Notes under the pieces: generated by a model
Databases searched by the model: none
The model's input: only the letters and a program-made list of their open reading frames with translations
Told to the model about the DNA's origin: nothing
Made by a program: the position numbers and the translations under genes
In this document: positions 1 to 10,796 of the stretch, one piece after another
How the letters are laid out: each line of letters starts with the position of its first letter
How positions within the stretch are numbered: the first letter of the stretch is position 1
Origin: Lama guanicoe
Lineage: Eukaryota
Length of the DNA stretch: 64,000 nucleotides
NCBI GenBank assembly: GCA_013239625.1
Contig: MU053934.1
Location: 10,393,003 to 10,457,002 of the forward strand
Direction of reading: 5' to 3'

Positions 1-964
1 TTCATTCAGGTGGTGGGTTAACTTGTTTATTTGAGATTGTTCTTCTTTTTTGAGAAAGGCCTGTATCGCTATAAACTTCCCTCTTAGCACTGCCTTTGCT
101 GTGTCCCATAGGTTTTGAGTGGTTGCGCTTTCATTATCATTTGTCTCAAGGTATTTTTTAATTTCAGCTTTGATCCTCATTGACCCATTGTTTTTCCAAT
201 AACATATTGTTTAATCTCCATGCTTTCCTTTTTTTCTCCTTTGTTTCTGTGTTGTTGATTTGTAGTTTCATGGCATTGTGGTCAGTAAAGATGCTTGAGA
301 AAGTTTCTATCTTCTTAAAATTTTTGAGGTTTCTTTTGTTCCCAAGCACATGATCGATCCTGGAAAATGTTCCATGTGCACTTGAAAAGAATGTATATCC
401 TAGTTTTTGGGGGTGTAATGCTCTGAACATAGCCACCGAATGTAGTTTTTCTATTGTAGTATTTAATTTCTCTGTTGCCTTTTTTATTTTCTATCTGGAA
501 GATCTGTCTAGTGATGTTAATGCAGTGTTAAAATCTCCAACTATGATTGTATTCCCATCAATATCCCCCTTTATCTCTGTCAGTAATTCTTGTATGTACT
601 TAGGTGCTCCTATATTGGGTGCATATATATTAACAAGTGTAATATCCTCATCTTGTATCACTCCTTTAATCATTATAAAATGTCCTTCTTTATCTTTCTT
701 TATGGCCTTTGTTTTGAAGTCTGTTTTGTCTGAAATCAATACTGCAACACCTGCTTTTTTGGTTTTTCCATTTGCATGGAATATCCTTTTCCATCTTTTC
801 ACTCTCAATCTATATGTGTCCTTCTCCCTAAAGTGGGTCTCTTGTATGCAGCATATTGAAGGTTCTTGCTTTATAATCCAGTCTGCCACTCTGTGTGTTT
901 TGACTGGAGCATTTAGTCCATTAACATTTACAGTAATTAATGATAGATGTGTGTTTATTGCCAT
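1..964 (-). pseudogene. L1 ORF2p N-terminus (APE-type endonuclease), disrupted
   Basis: Translation MAINTHLSLITVNVNGLN...CCIQETH...NIYAPN...IVGDFNT...SRIDHVLG. TAG at 493-491 (RSSR*KIKK) is in frame with the 164..436 ORF. An apparent 2-nt deletion near 175 shifts the frame before [14 protein letters not shown]...[16 protein letters not shown]. Confidence 0.95.
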
Positions 965-1371
965 TTTGAACTTATCTTTGCAGTTGAATTGGTATATCCC
1001 CTTTGTTCCTTCCTTCTTCCTTTTGTGGTTTGGTAATTTTCCTTTGTATTATCATGGATTTTATTTCATTTTTATGACTCCCTTGTAAGTTTTTGGCTTG
1101 TGTTACCCTTTTTTGTAAATCTTATTAGCCCATTACTATAACTTTTTTTATTAAACTGATAGTAACATGATCTCAAACCCATCCTACTGTTAAAGAAATA
1201 TTTAAAAAGGAAAGAAAAATATATATTCTATATTTCCCTGTCTCCCTCTCCCACTCTCAGTGATTTGTATGTTTTCTTTTATAATTTCATGTTATTTTAT
1301 TTGTAATTCATGAGTTATCACCTTTCCAGTTGTGAGTTTCTCATTTCTGTAGCATCCTGCTGCTTTTCTAT

Positions 1372-2274
1372 TTAGAATAGCCCTTTCAATATTTCTTTTA
1401 GCATGGGTTTAGTGTTGCTAAACTCCTGCGGCTTTTTTTTGTCTGTGAAACTCTTTATTTCTCCTTCTATCCTAAAGGATAGCCTTGCTGGATAAAGTGT
1501 CCTAGGCTACATCTTTTTTTCACTCAGGGCTTTGAATATATCTTGCCACTTCCTTTTGGCCTGTAGTGTTTGTGTAGAGAAATCAGCTGAGAGCCTTATG
1601 GGGGTTCCCTTGTAACTTACTCTTTGCCTTTTTCTTGCTGCCTTTAGAATCATTTCTTTATCCTTGACTCTGGCCATCTTGATTATGATATGTCTTGGTG
1701 TGGGTCTATTTGGGTTCTTCCTGTTTGGGACCCTCTGAGCTTCCTGTACTTGGATATCTGATTCCTTCTTTAAGTTTGGGAAGTTTTCAGTCATGATTTC
1801 TTCAAAAACCTTTTCAATCCCCTTTGATCCTTCTTCCCCTTCTGGGACCCCTATTATGCGAAGATTGGGACGCTTTATATTATCCCATAGGTCCCTTATG
1901 CTATTATCATTATTTTTTATTTGCTTATCTTGTAGTTCTTCTGAATGGGTGCTTTCTGTTGCCCTGTCTTCTAGATCACTAATTCGTTCCTCTGCATTAA
2001 CTAGTCGGCTTTGCACAGCTGTTAGATCATTCCTCATCTCTGTCAATGAGTTTTCCCATTTTGCTTGGCTCTTCTTTATAGCTTCAATTTCATTTTTGAC
2101 ATATTTTATTTCTCTAAGCATTATCTCTTTTAATTCCTTCAGCAATTTGATCACTCCTTTTTTGAAATCTTGATCTAGTAGGCTATCGATGTCTATTTCA
2201 TTGAGCTTTCTTTCAGGGGATTCCTCTTGTTCTTTTAATTGGGAAAGGTTTCTCTGCTTCTTCATCTTGCTCAT
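1372..2274 (-). pseudogene. L1 ORF1p (coiled coil, RRM, CTD), 300 codons with one premature stop
   Basis: Motifs LWDNIKRPNLRIIGVPEGEE, IMTENFPNL, RPTPRHIIIKM, YKGTPIRLSADFS. TAG at 1509-1507, then the frame continues PRTLYPARLSFRIEGEIKSFTDK...LKGLF to TAA at 1374-1372. Confidence 0.95.
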
Positions 2275-4033
2275 ACCTCTCTGGCACTGTGGTTTATGGA
2301 GTATCAGTTGTCTATTTTGGATCTTAAGGATTTTATCTATCTAATGCCTATTTAGGAATAGAACTTAGGAAAAAAAAGAAAAAAGAAAAAAAAAAAAAAA
2401 GAGAAAAAAATAAGAGAGAGAGAGAAAGATTTTTAAAAGAAGGGAGAAAGAGGGTTTGAAAACAATGTATAATGAATAATAGAAGAGCGGGTTGAAGCAG
2501 AGTATTAATCGGGTGGAGACGTCCTTTTAAAACCTTTAAAAAAAAAGGGGGGGTGGGGAGATGAATATATGTGTTTGAAGCCTGTGTCTAATCAATAACA
2601 GGACATCAAAACCCAAGAGAAATAGAAATGAATTAAGAAGTAAAAATTAAGAGAGTAATTCAAAATCGAACAGGTAAAGACAGATTAAAAAAAAACAAAA
2701 CAAAAACAAAAAAACAAAAAAACAAAAACAAAAACAAAAAAAAGGGGGTTGTCGGTGTTCTCCTGGAGTCTGTGTGCTTTTAATGTGAAGTCCTTCTGTC
2801 TTCGTCCTGTTTTGGAAGCTCAGCTTGTTTTCAGAGGCCCTCCGTTGGCGCCCTCTTCTGTGCTGCTCCCAGCACCTGTCGGCAAGCAGATCGCGCCTCC
2901 TCCTAACACGGGGTCAGATGCAGCTCTCCTCTGCTGCGGGCGGGCGGGTCACTGCCCCTCCGGATGCCGCAGTCAGATGTTGCAGACTGGCCAGGCAGGA
3001 GGGCGGGTCGTGCCCTCTCCCAGCACCTCGGTCAGGGGTTGTGTTCCTGCCCGACAGGCGGGGGGCCGCTCTCCCCCTGCCTGCGCCGCTGGTAGCTCCG
3101 CTGCTCTGTGCGGCTGCGCGCTCTGCGCCGGCGCTCTGCCCTGGTCGCGCTCCGCGGGTGGGCTCGGGGAAGACCGAGGGGCAGCCTCGTCCCTGCTCCG
3201 AGCCAAGACCCAGCTGCTTGTTTGTCCTTGTGGAGCAAGTTCTCTGAGGGACCAGGATGGAAGGATCCCACCTGCCCTGGGCTGTAGGCCCGTCTCAGTC
3301 TGGCCCTTGAGGCTGCTAAGCCCTTCGGGTGCGGATGCAGGTTTCGCCTCCGCCCCCGCCTGGGTGCTAAGCGCCGGAGAATATGGCGGCTGTGCCTGGG
3401 CCCCGCGTCTCTTCCTCTGAAAAGTTTCCGCGGGTTTTCAGACATGGGAGTATGCACCCTTCCCCCGAGCGCACATCAACCTTGCTGTTTTATGGAGGGC
3501 CCAGGTGGTTCTGTCCTGTACACCCACAGCCCCGGCGCCCAGCCCCTTGCAGTCCCCCGGAGCTGCCTCCGTGCAGCCGCCTCCGTCCTCCGCCCGGCTT
3601 GTGCAGCCTGGCCCTGCCCGCCGCTGCCGGCCCGCGTCTCAGGCTGGGTGTCGGGGGGACGCTCTGTGCCCGTTTAACTTAGTTCTGTCAGCCAAGGGCT
3701 GCTTTGTACAGATCCGAGCCTCGGAGGCTCCCCCTCCGTCCCGCTGGCCTCTCAATTGGAGAGGGGAGACCCAGCGAGCAAGCGCCAGTCCTCCTTTGCC
3801 GCTCCCTCCCCGCGGGACCCGTCCCGCGCTGCTTTGCCTTTTGTTCTTTCTTTTTTCCTTTTCTCCTACCAGATTTTTGGAGTCTTTATCTTTTGAAGTG
3901 GGCGATGTTCTGTCGGAGTTCCGCAGGTGCTCTGGTTGGCTGAGTGGGTCTGTAGATGTGGGTCTTGGTGTATTTGTGGGAGAGGGTGACTTACAAGCGT
4001 CCTTCTACTCCGCCATCTTGCCCGGAAGTCCCC
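2275..4033 (-). promoter_or_regulatory. L1 5'UTR / internal Pol II promoter (~1.76 kb, CpG-island-like at ~2800-3850)
   Basis: Lies between the element 5' end and the ORF1 ATG. Dense in CpG, with T-rich tracts on the L1 sense strand at ~2370-2410 and ~2688-2743. Confidence 0.85.
4011..4020 (-). promoter_or_regulatory. YY1 site at L1 5' end
   Basis: CAAGATGGCG on minus, 13 nt inside the 5' end, the usual position of the L1 YY1 site. Confidence 0.85.
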
Positions 4034-4715
4034 AGGACCTTTAATTTTTATGTGGTCAGATTCATCCAATTCTCCCTTTATGATGATTGCATTTTGGATG
4101 CTGTTCAAAAATCCTTCCCCACCTGAAGGTCATGAGGAGGCTTTTTCATACCATCATTTGAGAGCTTTACTGAGTGTTGTGACTACCCTGCTGGGACCTT
4201 GTCTGTGTGGAGTCCACATGCCATGGGCGGAGGAGAAGTCAGGTTTCACTGCTTCCGTCTGGATGACCAGTCGTCCCAGAACTGTTTCTCTCCTTCAGTG
4301 CCCTCAGACCCACCTTTGCTCTAAATCAAGCGTCCGGTGCCCGCGGCCTGTTTCTACACTGGTCACAGGAGCCTTACAGTCAGTCCTGGCATCTGGTAGA
4401 GCAAACGCGCTTGTGTTTCGTCAGCGCTGTCTGGACTGTTCGCGCCCACTGCGTCTCCACGTTCGCTCTAGAACCAGCGCCGAGACCCACAGGCCGGCTG
4501 CCGGGGCTTTGGGCCGGCGTTGCAGACCGTCTGTGCGCGGCGCCCGTGGGCGTCTGCGTGAGGTTGTCTCCACCGGTCAATGCGAAGTGTGTTTTCTCCA
4601 TTCCACCAGCTTCCTTTAAATGTCTCGATAATGTCTGATAGTTTCCTGAATAAGGACTTTTCTCATCTTTGTGAGATGTCTTCCTTCTTCATGTTTTTAG
4701 ATGCTGTTGTGAATT
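4034..4715 (-). mobile_element. Ancient L1M ORF2 fragment (outer element of the nest)
   Basis: Degenerate antisense L1M ORF2 motifs such as aaatccttccccacctgaaggtcatgagg, gtcctggcatctggtagagcaa and gatgctgttgtgaat. Confidence 0.7.
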
Positions 4716-4724
4716 TATCCCCCC

Positions 4725-5503
4725 CCCGCGCTTCCCTCCTGGAGGTATGATTTGCGTACAGTGAATCACGCCGAGTTTGGAGGACGGCGCAGTGCACACA
4801 CTCGAGGCAACGAGACCTCTGTCAGGAAGGCTCCCGGGTGCCTCTCTCCGGGCAGGGGTCCCGTCCGTCCTGCTGAGGCGACCGCCGTCTGGCTTTCTGT
4901 CACTGCGGGTTGGATCTGCCTGGCTGAGAACGGCGTGCAAGCGGAATCAGACTGCGTTTGCCCGTCGGCGCCCGGCGTCTCTCCTTCGACGCCCGTGGGG
5001 CTTGCGCGCGTTGCCCGCGTGTCCGCGTGTCCCGGCCGCTCCTCGCGCGGCGGTCCACCTGATGAGCTCGCCGCCGAAGGCGCCGCCCCTGCTGCCGGCT
5101 ACGTGGTTGCCTTCAGCTTTTGGCGGTTGCGAACAAAGCCGCTGCCAGCGTTCTGGCGGGAGTCCCCGTGTGGGTGGGCCTTCCCTTTTCCTGGGTGAGC
5201 ACCTGGACGTGAGATACCTGGTTTGTAGGTGGGGTGTGTTTAGCTTTAGGAGAAAATACAGAAACGTTTCCAAAGCGCTTGCACCGTTTCACACGTCCGC
5301 CAGCCGCTGCCCGCGGGCCCCGGTGGCCCTCGCCCTCGCAGGCGCTGTCTGCCACTTAAACCCCACCCTTCCCGAGCGAGCGGGAGGCATGCCTCGCTGG
5401 GACTTTAACGTGCGTTTCCCTGATGGCTAATGATGCCGAGCATCTTTCACAAGCTTGTCAGCTTTTCCTGTATCTTCTTTTGCGTTGGGTCCGGTCAAGT
5501 CTT
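4725..5503 (-). mobile_element. Ancient L1M (L1MC/ME-like) 3' end, heavily GC-shifted
   Basis: Colinear with the L1M 3' end: gaggtatgatttgcgtacagtgaa ... gaacaaagccgctgccagcgttc ... tttccctgatggctaatgatgccgagcatctttc. Confidence 0.75.
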
Positions 5504-7982
5504 TTATTCTTTTTGAAAGCAACTTTGTAAGGTTACATTGTACATGCAGAAAATTACAGTCACGTTAAGTGTGCAGCGAGGCGAAGTCTTGACAAATGTA
5601 CGCCTGGGTGTGCTGCCACCCCAGTCAAGGCAGAGGCTGTTTCCATCACCCCAAGTCCCCTCGCCGCGTTGCCCAGAGCCAATGACCACGCTGACCTCCA
5701 GCCCCAAGCCGCCTCTGAGCGCCTTTTCATCACTGGAGAGCACTTCTGTTTGTTCCAGAATTTGATGTAAATGCGGTCATACAGTAGGCATTGTTCAGTG
5801 TCCGGGTTTTTTCATTTAGCGTGACGGGTTTAGATTCACCGTGTTGCTGCGTGTATGGGGTCGTTTGGGCTGCGATCAGTCTTTGGCTCTTATGAATTAA
5901 GCTGTTATGAGCATCGATGTACAGATCTCAGCAAATGTTTTTGTTTATCTTAGGTAAGTGCTAGGGAGTAAGTTGTCCAAGTCACAGGGTAGGTACAGGA
6001 TTAGCTGCCTAAGGTGTCTCAAAGCGATGGCAGCCCTGAAGGCCACCCCCACGTTCTGTGAGGGTCCCCATCACTCCATGCTCTCTCCGTGTGATATTAC
6101 ACTCCTTCCGCCGCGCCAGGTGTGTTGTGGTATCTGGCTGTGGCTTTAATCTGCTTCTCTCTGATGACGAGTGGCGTTAAATGTTTGTTCACGTTCGCAT
6201 TGACTATTTTTTTCTTCTTTTATGAGAGGTCTTTCCAAATCTTTCTTCCACTTTTACTTGTCTTCTGATAATTGAGTTGTAGGAGCTCTTCGTATGTCCT
6301 GGGTGCCAGTTCCTTGTTAAGATAGACGGTTGCAGACACCACGGGACAATCTGAGACTGGCCTTTTCATTTTCCCTCTGATGTTTTCGGAGAGCAGAAGT
6401 TTCAAATTTTATGAAGTCCAATTTATCAACAGCTCCTTTGATGTTTGTGCTTTCTGTGTCATAGCTAAGAAATCTTTGCTATCTCAGGGCTGCAAAGATC
6501 TTTTCTCAAAACTTTTATAGTCTTAGCACTTACGTGTGACTGTCTGATTCATTTCCATTAATCATATCAGATCCAAGCCCATCGTCTATGAATAAAAACA
6601 TTTTGCTCCTTTTTTTTCCATCGGATGCTTTTTATTTCTATTCCTTGCTCGTGGCCCTGGCTGGAACCTCTGCTAGAGTGCTGAGCAGAGATGATGAAAG
6701 AAGAGTGGCCTGCACTGTGCCCTGTTCCCCGGTTTTGGGGAGAAAGTTGGGTTTTCATTGTTAAAGATTTTGTTAGCTGCTGTTTCTGGTGGGTGCTTTT
6801 ATTATTTTGAAGAAGCTCCTTTCTATTCCTAGTTTGTGGAGAATTGTTAACACAGGTGGACATTAAATTGCATTAGATGCGTTTGCTCTGTTGAGAAAAG
6901 CACGTTGGTTTTCTCCTTTATTCTGTTAGGATGACGGTTCCTTACATGTTACTTTGAATGTGGAAGCAAACTTGCGTTTCTGGAATACACCGCCTTTTAC
7001 ACTTTGGTGGATTTGATTTCTAAGAGTCTGTGAAAGGTTTTGCAGATATGTATGTGGGAAATACTGATGATAATTTCCTTGTCTTGTCATGTCTTTATTG
7101 GGCTTTGGTGGCTGGTGATGCTGGCTTTATAAAATAAATCGTGAGCTTTGCCCTGTTCCTCCATTTTCCAAAAGTAATTGTGTAGAATTGGTTTTACTTT
7201 TTTCTAACGTGTTGTACAGCCTGTCCGTGAAAACGTCTGGGCCTGGAGTTACTTTTGTTGACAAGTTTTTGTGAGTTTAATTTCTTTAATAGTCAGAGGG
7301 CTATTCAGATTTTCCATTTCTTTCTGAGTCAGTTTTGGTAATTTGAGTCTTTCAACGAATTTGTCTAGTTCATACAAGTAGTTGAATTTGTCGGCATACG
7401 TTTTTTTTTCATAACGTTTTTATATTACCCCTTTGATGATGCGAGGTCTGCAATTATGTTGCATCTTTTATTCCTGATGGCAGACCTCTGTCCTGTCTTA
7501 CAGTCTGCATCAGATACACTAGGTGTTTATCAGATTAGTCAGTTTTTCATAAGAACCATAGTTTGATTTTATCGATCTTCTCTTTGCCTCTTTTCCACTT
7601 AATTTCTGCAGTTAACTTGACGATTTCTTTCCTTCTAATGACTTTGCATCTTCCATACTCGTTCTCCAGCTTCTTAAGGTCGAAAATAGGGTTATCGATC
7701 TTAGATGTTTCTGGTTTTCCAATGAAAACATTTAAAGCTCTTAATTCTCTTTTATTTGCTACATTGGCGGCAGATCACAAAGGCTGGTGATTTCCTTTTT
7801 ACTTTTTTGGCCTAAATTATTTTCTGGCTTCCCTTGCGATTTCTCCTTTGCCCCGTGCGTTGTTTGGTTGTGTATCATTTAATTTTCAAATGTTTGGGGG
7901 TTTTTCAAAATATCTTTTTCTGTTATTGGTTTCTAATTTAATTCTGCTTTTATAAGATTTCTGCTACAGTATAATTTCAACA

Positions 7983-8300
7983 TTTTAAAAAGTGAAGTAT
8001 AGTCAGTTACAACGTGTCCTTTCCTGGTGCGCAGCACAATGTCCCAGTCATGCATATATATACATATTCAATATATATATATATTCGTTTTCATATTCTT
8101 TTTCATTAAAGGTTATTATAAGATAGTGAATATAGTTCTCTGTGCTCTACAGAAGAAATTTGTTTTTTTATCTATTTTTATATATAGTGGTTAACTTTTG
8201 CAAATCTCAAACTCCCTAATTTATCCCTTCCCACCCTCTTTCCCCTGGGAACCATAAGAGTGTTTACTATGTCCGCAAGTCTGTTTCTGTTTCATAGATA
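7983..8300 (-). mobile_element. Cetartiodactyl/camelid L1 3' end, 5'-truncated
   Basis: tgaagtatagtcagttacaac...ggttattataagatagtgaatatagttctctgtgct...aaccataag. Confidence 0.85.
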
Positions 8301-9500
8301 TTTTTTAAACATTTGAGATTAACTTTGTGGTCCAGCACATAGTGTATCTGTGGTGCATGTTTTACGTGTATTTGAACAGAGTGTTGCCCCTGGGTGGAGT
8401 GCTATGTAAGCGTCACTAGTCTGGTAGGTTGATAACATAAAGTATTTCCTTAAACTCACCGGTGGCCTGTCCATACACTCTGTTAGTTACTGGGAGGCAA
8501 GTGTTGAAATTTGACCTTCACTTTTACAGGCTTCTCTGGCTGGATACTGGATTTCAGGTTGACAGTGTTTTCTTTCAGTGCTTTAGAGACGGCATTCCGT
8601 GCCTTCTGACTTGTGTGGTTTCAGAGGCTGCGTCTGCTGCCTGAAGGTCTTCTCCCCCAACTCTGGCTGCTTTTAAGATTTTTTTCTTTATCACTGGCTT
8701 TCAGCAATTTTGGTTTAGTTTAGTTGTGACTTTGTGTGGTTTCCTTTTCTTCCTTTCTTTAAAAATTTTTTTATCTTGAGCTGTTTGCATTTGCAGATTT
8801 AGAGTTGTCATCAAATCTGGAAAAATTAAAAACGTAGTTCTTGAAGCAGTCTCTTCCCCTGTCTGTGTCACGTTTCCAGCTGTGTGATAGCATCCCATCG
8901 GTTATGGAAGCTCCATTCAGGGCGACTTGCTCTTTGAATCCTTTCCCCCTCCTGCTTCATACTGTGTAGTTTCTTTTGCTGTGGTTTTGAATTGATTAGC
9001 CGTCTGCTCTCCATTGGGTCCTGTGCTGCCAGCCCCACCTCATGAAATCTTCCTTTGAGAGACTGTACTTGCTGATTCTAGATACTTGCTGCTGGCTCTT
9101 TGGCTCTTTTCCATTTTTTTCAGTGTTCATGCTGTCCTTTAAATAGCTGAGCAAATTTAAACACTTACATTAGCTGTCTTTAAGTCCTTGTCTGAGTGAT
9201 GGATGTTTCTCTATGAACTTTTTTTTTTTTGAATGTTTAGAGTTTGCAGGTTTTAATTGGATGCCAGGCTGTTCAAAGTCTATGCTGTTGACGTTTCTGT
9301 GTTGATGTTCGCTCCTTCGACAGGCACTCAGATCACTTGTAGATCAAGTTGGTCTCTTGAAGGCTGTGTTTGAGCTTTGTTGGTGGAGTCTAGAGTAGCC
9401 CCTGCCAGGGAACTTTCAGCCCGAGTACCAGTGCTCTGCCATGGGGCCCCTTGTAAGGTCTTCATAGAACACTATGTTTTAACAAAGTCTTTCTACTCAT

Positions 9501-9606
9501 AATTTCCTTCTTTCTTTTCTTAAACGGAGGCACTAGAGATCGAACCCAGGACCTTGTGCCTGCCAAGCTCACGCTCTACCACTGAGCTACACCCCCCACC
9601 CTCCCC
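9501..9606 (-). mobile_element. tRNA-derived SINE of camelid type
   Basis: Minus strand has A box TAGCTCAGTGG and B box GGTTCGATC, then an A-rich tail. Degenerate TSD aagtctttctactcat (9485-9500) / aggactttctgctctt (9607-9622). Confidence 0.85.
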
Positions 9607-10059
9607 AGGACTTTCTGCTCTTGAAGGATGAATTAAAATGTCTTCCATCCCTGAGTGAGGTCTGGGAGCGTCTCCGTGATGACTGTCCCAGCAGCCTGGC
9701 TTTGTGCTGCTTTGCTACATGCACAAAGAGACTAGCACCCAGCCAGTCTCCTCCAGGAGATGCTTACGAAGGTTTCTAGAGTTCGTTCTCTGATAATCTG
9801 CCTTGCGCATTCCAGTGCTGAGCTCCCCGACCTGCCCCCAGCTCTCCCCTCCCTTTGTCAGGACATCTGCGCTGTGCCCCAGGAAAGCCAGGGCGACCGC
9901 AGGACTTAACCATGCTCGTTGTCCTATCTCAGGGACTCCTGTCCTGCACGGCGTTTTGCTCCAACATATGAAATAGTTGTTTTATATATTTTGAGCAGTT
10001 TTCAAGTTGTTTAAGGTGAGAAGGGAAATTCTGCATCAATTCTCTGTCCTGCCCAGTGA

Positions 10060-10796
10060 GGAAGTTTCTTTGGCTGATCACAATTTTTTCTCTTTATTTT
10101 TTCCATCAGTTTGATTATGAAGTGTCCAAATGTGTATGTGTGTGTGTGTGTGTGTTTATCTTGATTGGAATTTGTTGAGACTCTTGCAGCTGTAGGTTGA
10201 TTCTGGTCACATTTAGAAATCTTATTTATTTGTTTTTATTATAGTTGATTTACAATGTTGTGCTAGTTTCAGGTGTACAGCACAGTGATTCAGTTGTACA
10301 TACACATACATACTCTTTCAGACTCTTTTCCATTATAGGTTATTACAAGATGTTGAATATAGTAGAAAACAGAAAATTTCCCAGCAACACTTCTTCAGTT
10401 CTGTTTTAAACCCCTCGTCACCTAGCCTTTGTTTTTCAGGGACTCCACTTCCACATTGGTTCTTTCTCTTTCAGGTACTTTTCACCCTCATTTTCCAGAC
10501 GCTCTGACACCTAACATCTAACATGTTTATTTTCTTTTCTGAAATATTTTATTCACGACTCACTAAGACGCTGTTGAATGCCGTCTCCTGCGTGCTGCCC
10601 CTCCCGGAAGAGCCTGGTAAGTAGGTCTCACCCAGCGGGACTGTCTTCTTCGCCACCCAGTTTCTGTTTAAAGTTTTTGCTCTCCTGTGACTTCAAAAAT
10701 TTGCTTTTTATGTTTTGCTCAGAGTTTATAATTGTTATCAGCAAGATGATTAGTTTGAAATAGGCTTCTCCGCTACTATCAGAATCCGAAAAGCCC
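10060..10796 (-). mobile_element. Ancient L1M ORF1/5' remnant
   Basis: cagtttgattatgaagtgtcc...; 5'-end-like cagagtttataattgttatcagc...atcagaatccgaa. Confidence 0.55.
10222..10362 (-). mobile_element. Cetartiodactyl L1 3' end fragment
   Basis: tatagttgatttacaatgttgtgctagtttcaggtgtacagcacagtgattcag. Confidence 0.85.

Larger units (their letters stand above)
1..4033 (-). mobile_element. Young LINE-1, 5' portion (5'UTR, ORF1, spacer, start of ORF2); continues beyond window start
   Basis: The minus strand starts GGGGACTTCCGGGCAAGATGGCGGAGTAG, followed by a CpG-rich UTR, then L1 ORF1 and ORF2 endonuclease translations. The flank at 4034-4050 reads TAAAAATTAAAGGTCCT on minus, like an L1 endonuclease target and TSD. 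Confidence 0.97.
5504..10057 (-). mobile_element. Ancient L1M with 3' end, ORF2/ORF1 remnants and 5' end, internally deleted
   Basis: 3' end at ~5510 (gttaagtgtgcagc...ttgacaaatgtac), ORF2 remnants at 6200-8450, and an old L1M 5'-end motif at 9930-10057 (gaaatagttgttttatatattttgagcagtttt). Confidence 0.7.

Noticed and set aside
525..1088. 187-aa hydrophobic + strand ORF (also 1793..2173)
   Set aside because: Antisense shadows of A-rich L1 ORF2 and ORF1.
9520..9600. tRNA-like sequence (also 53412-53480)
   Set aside because: SINE heads with A-rich tails and TSDs, with degenerate stems; not functional tRNA genes.
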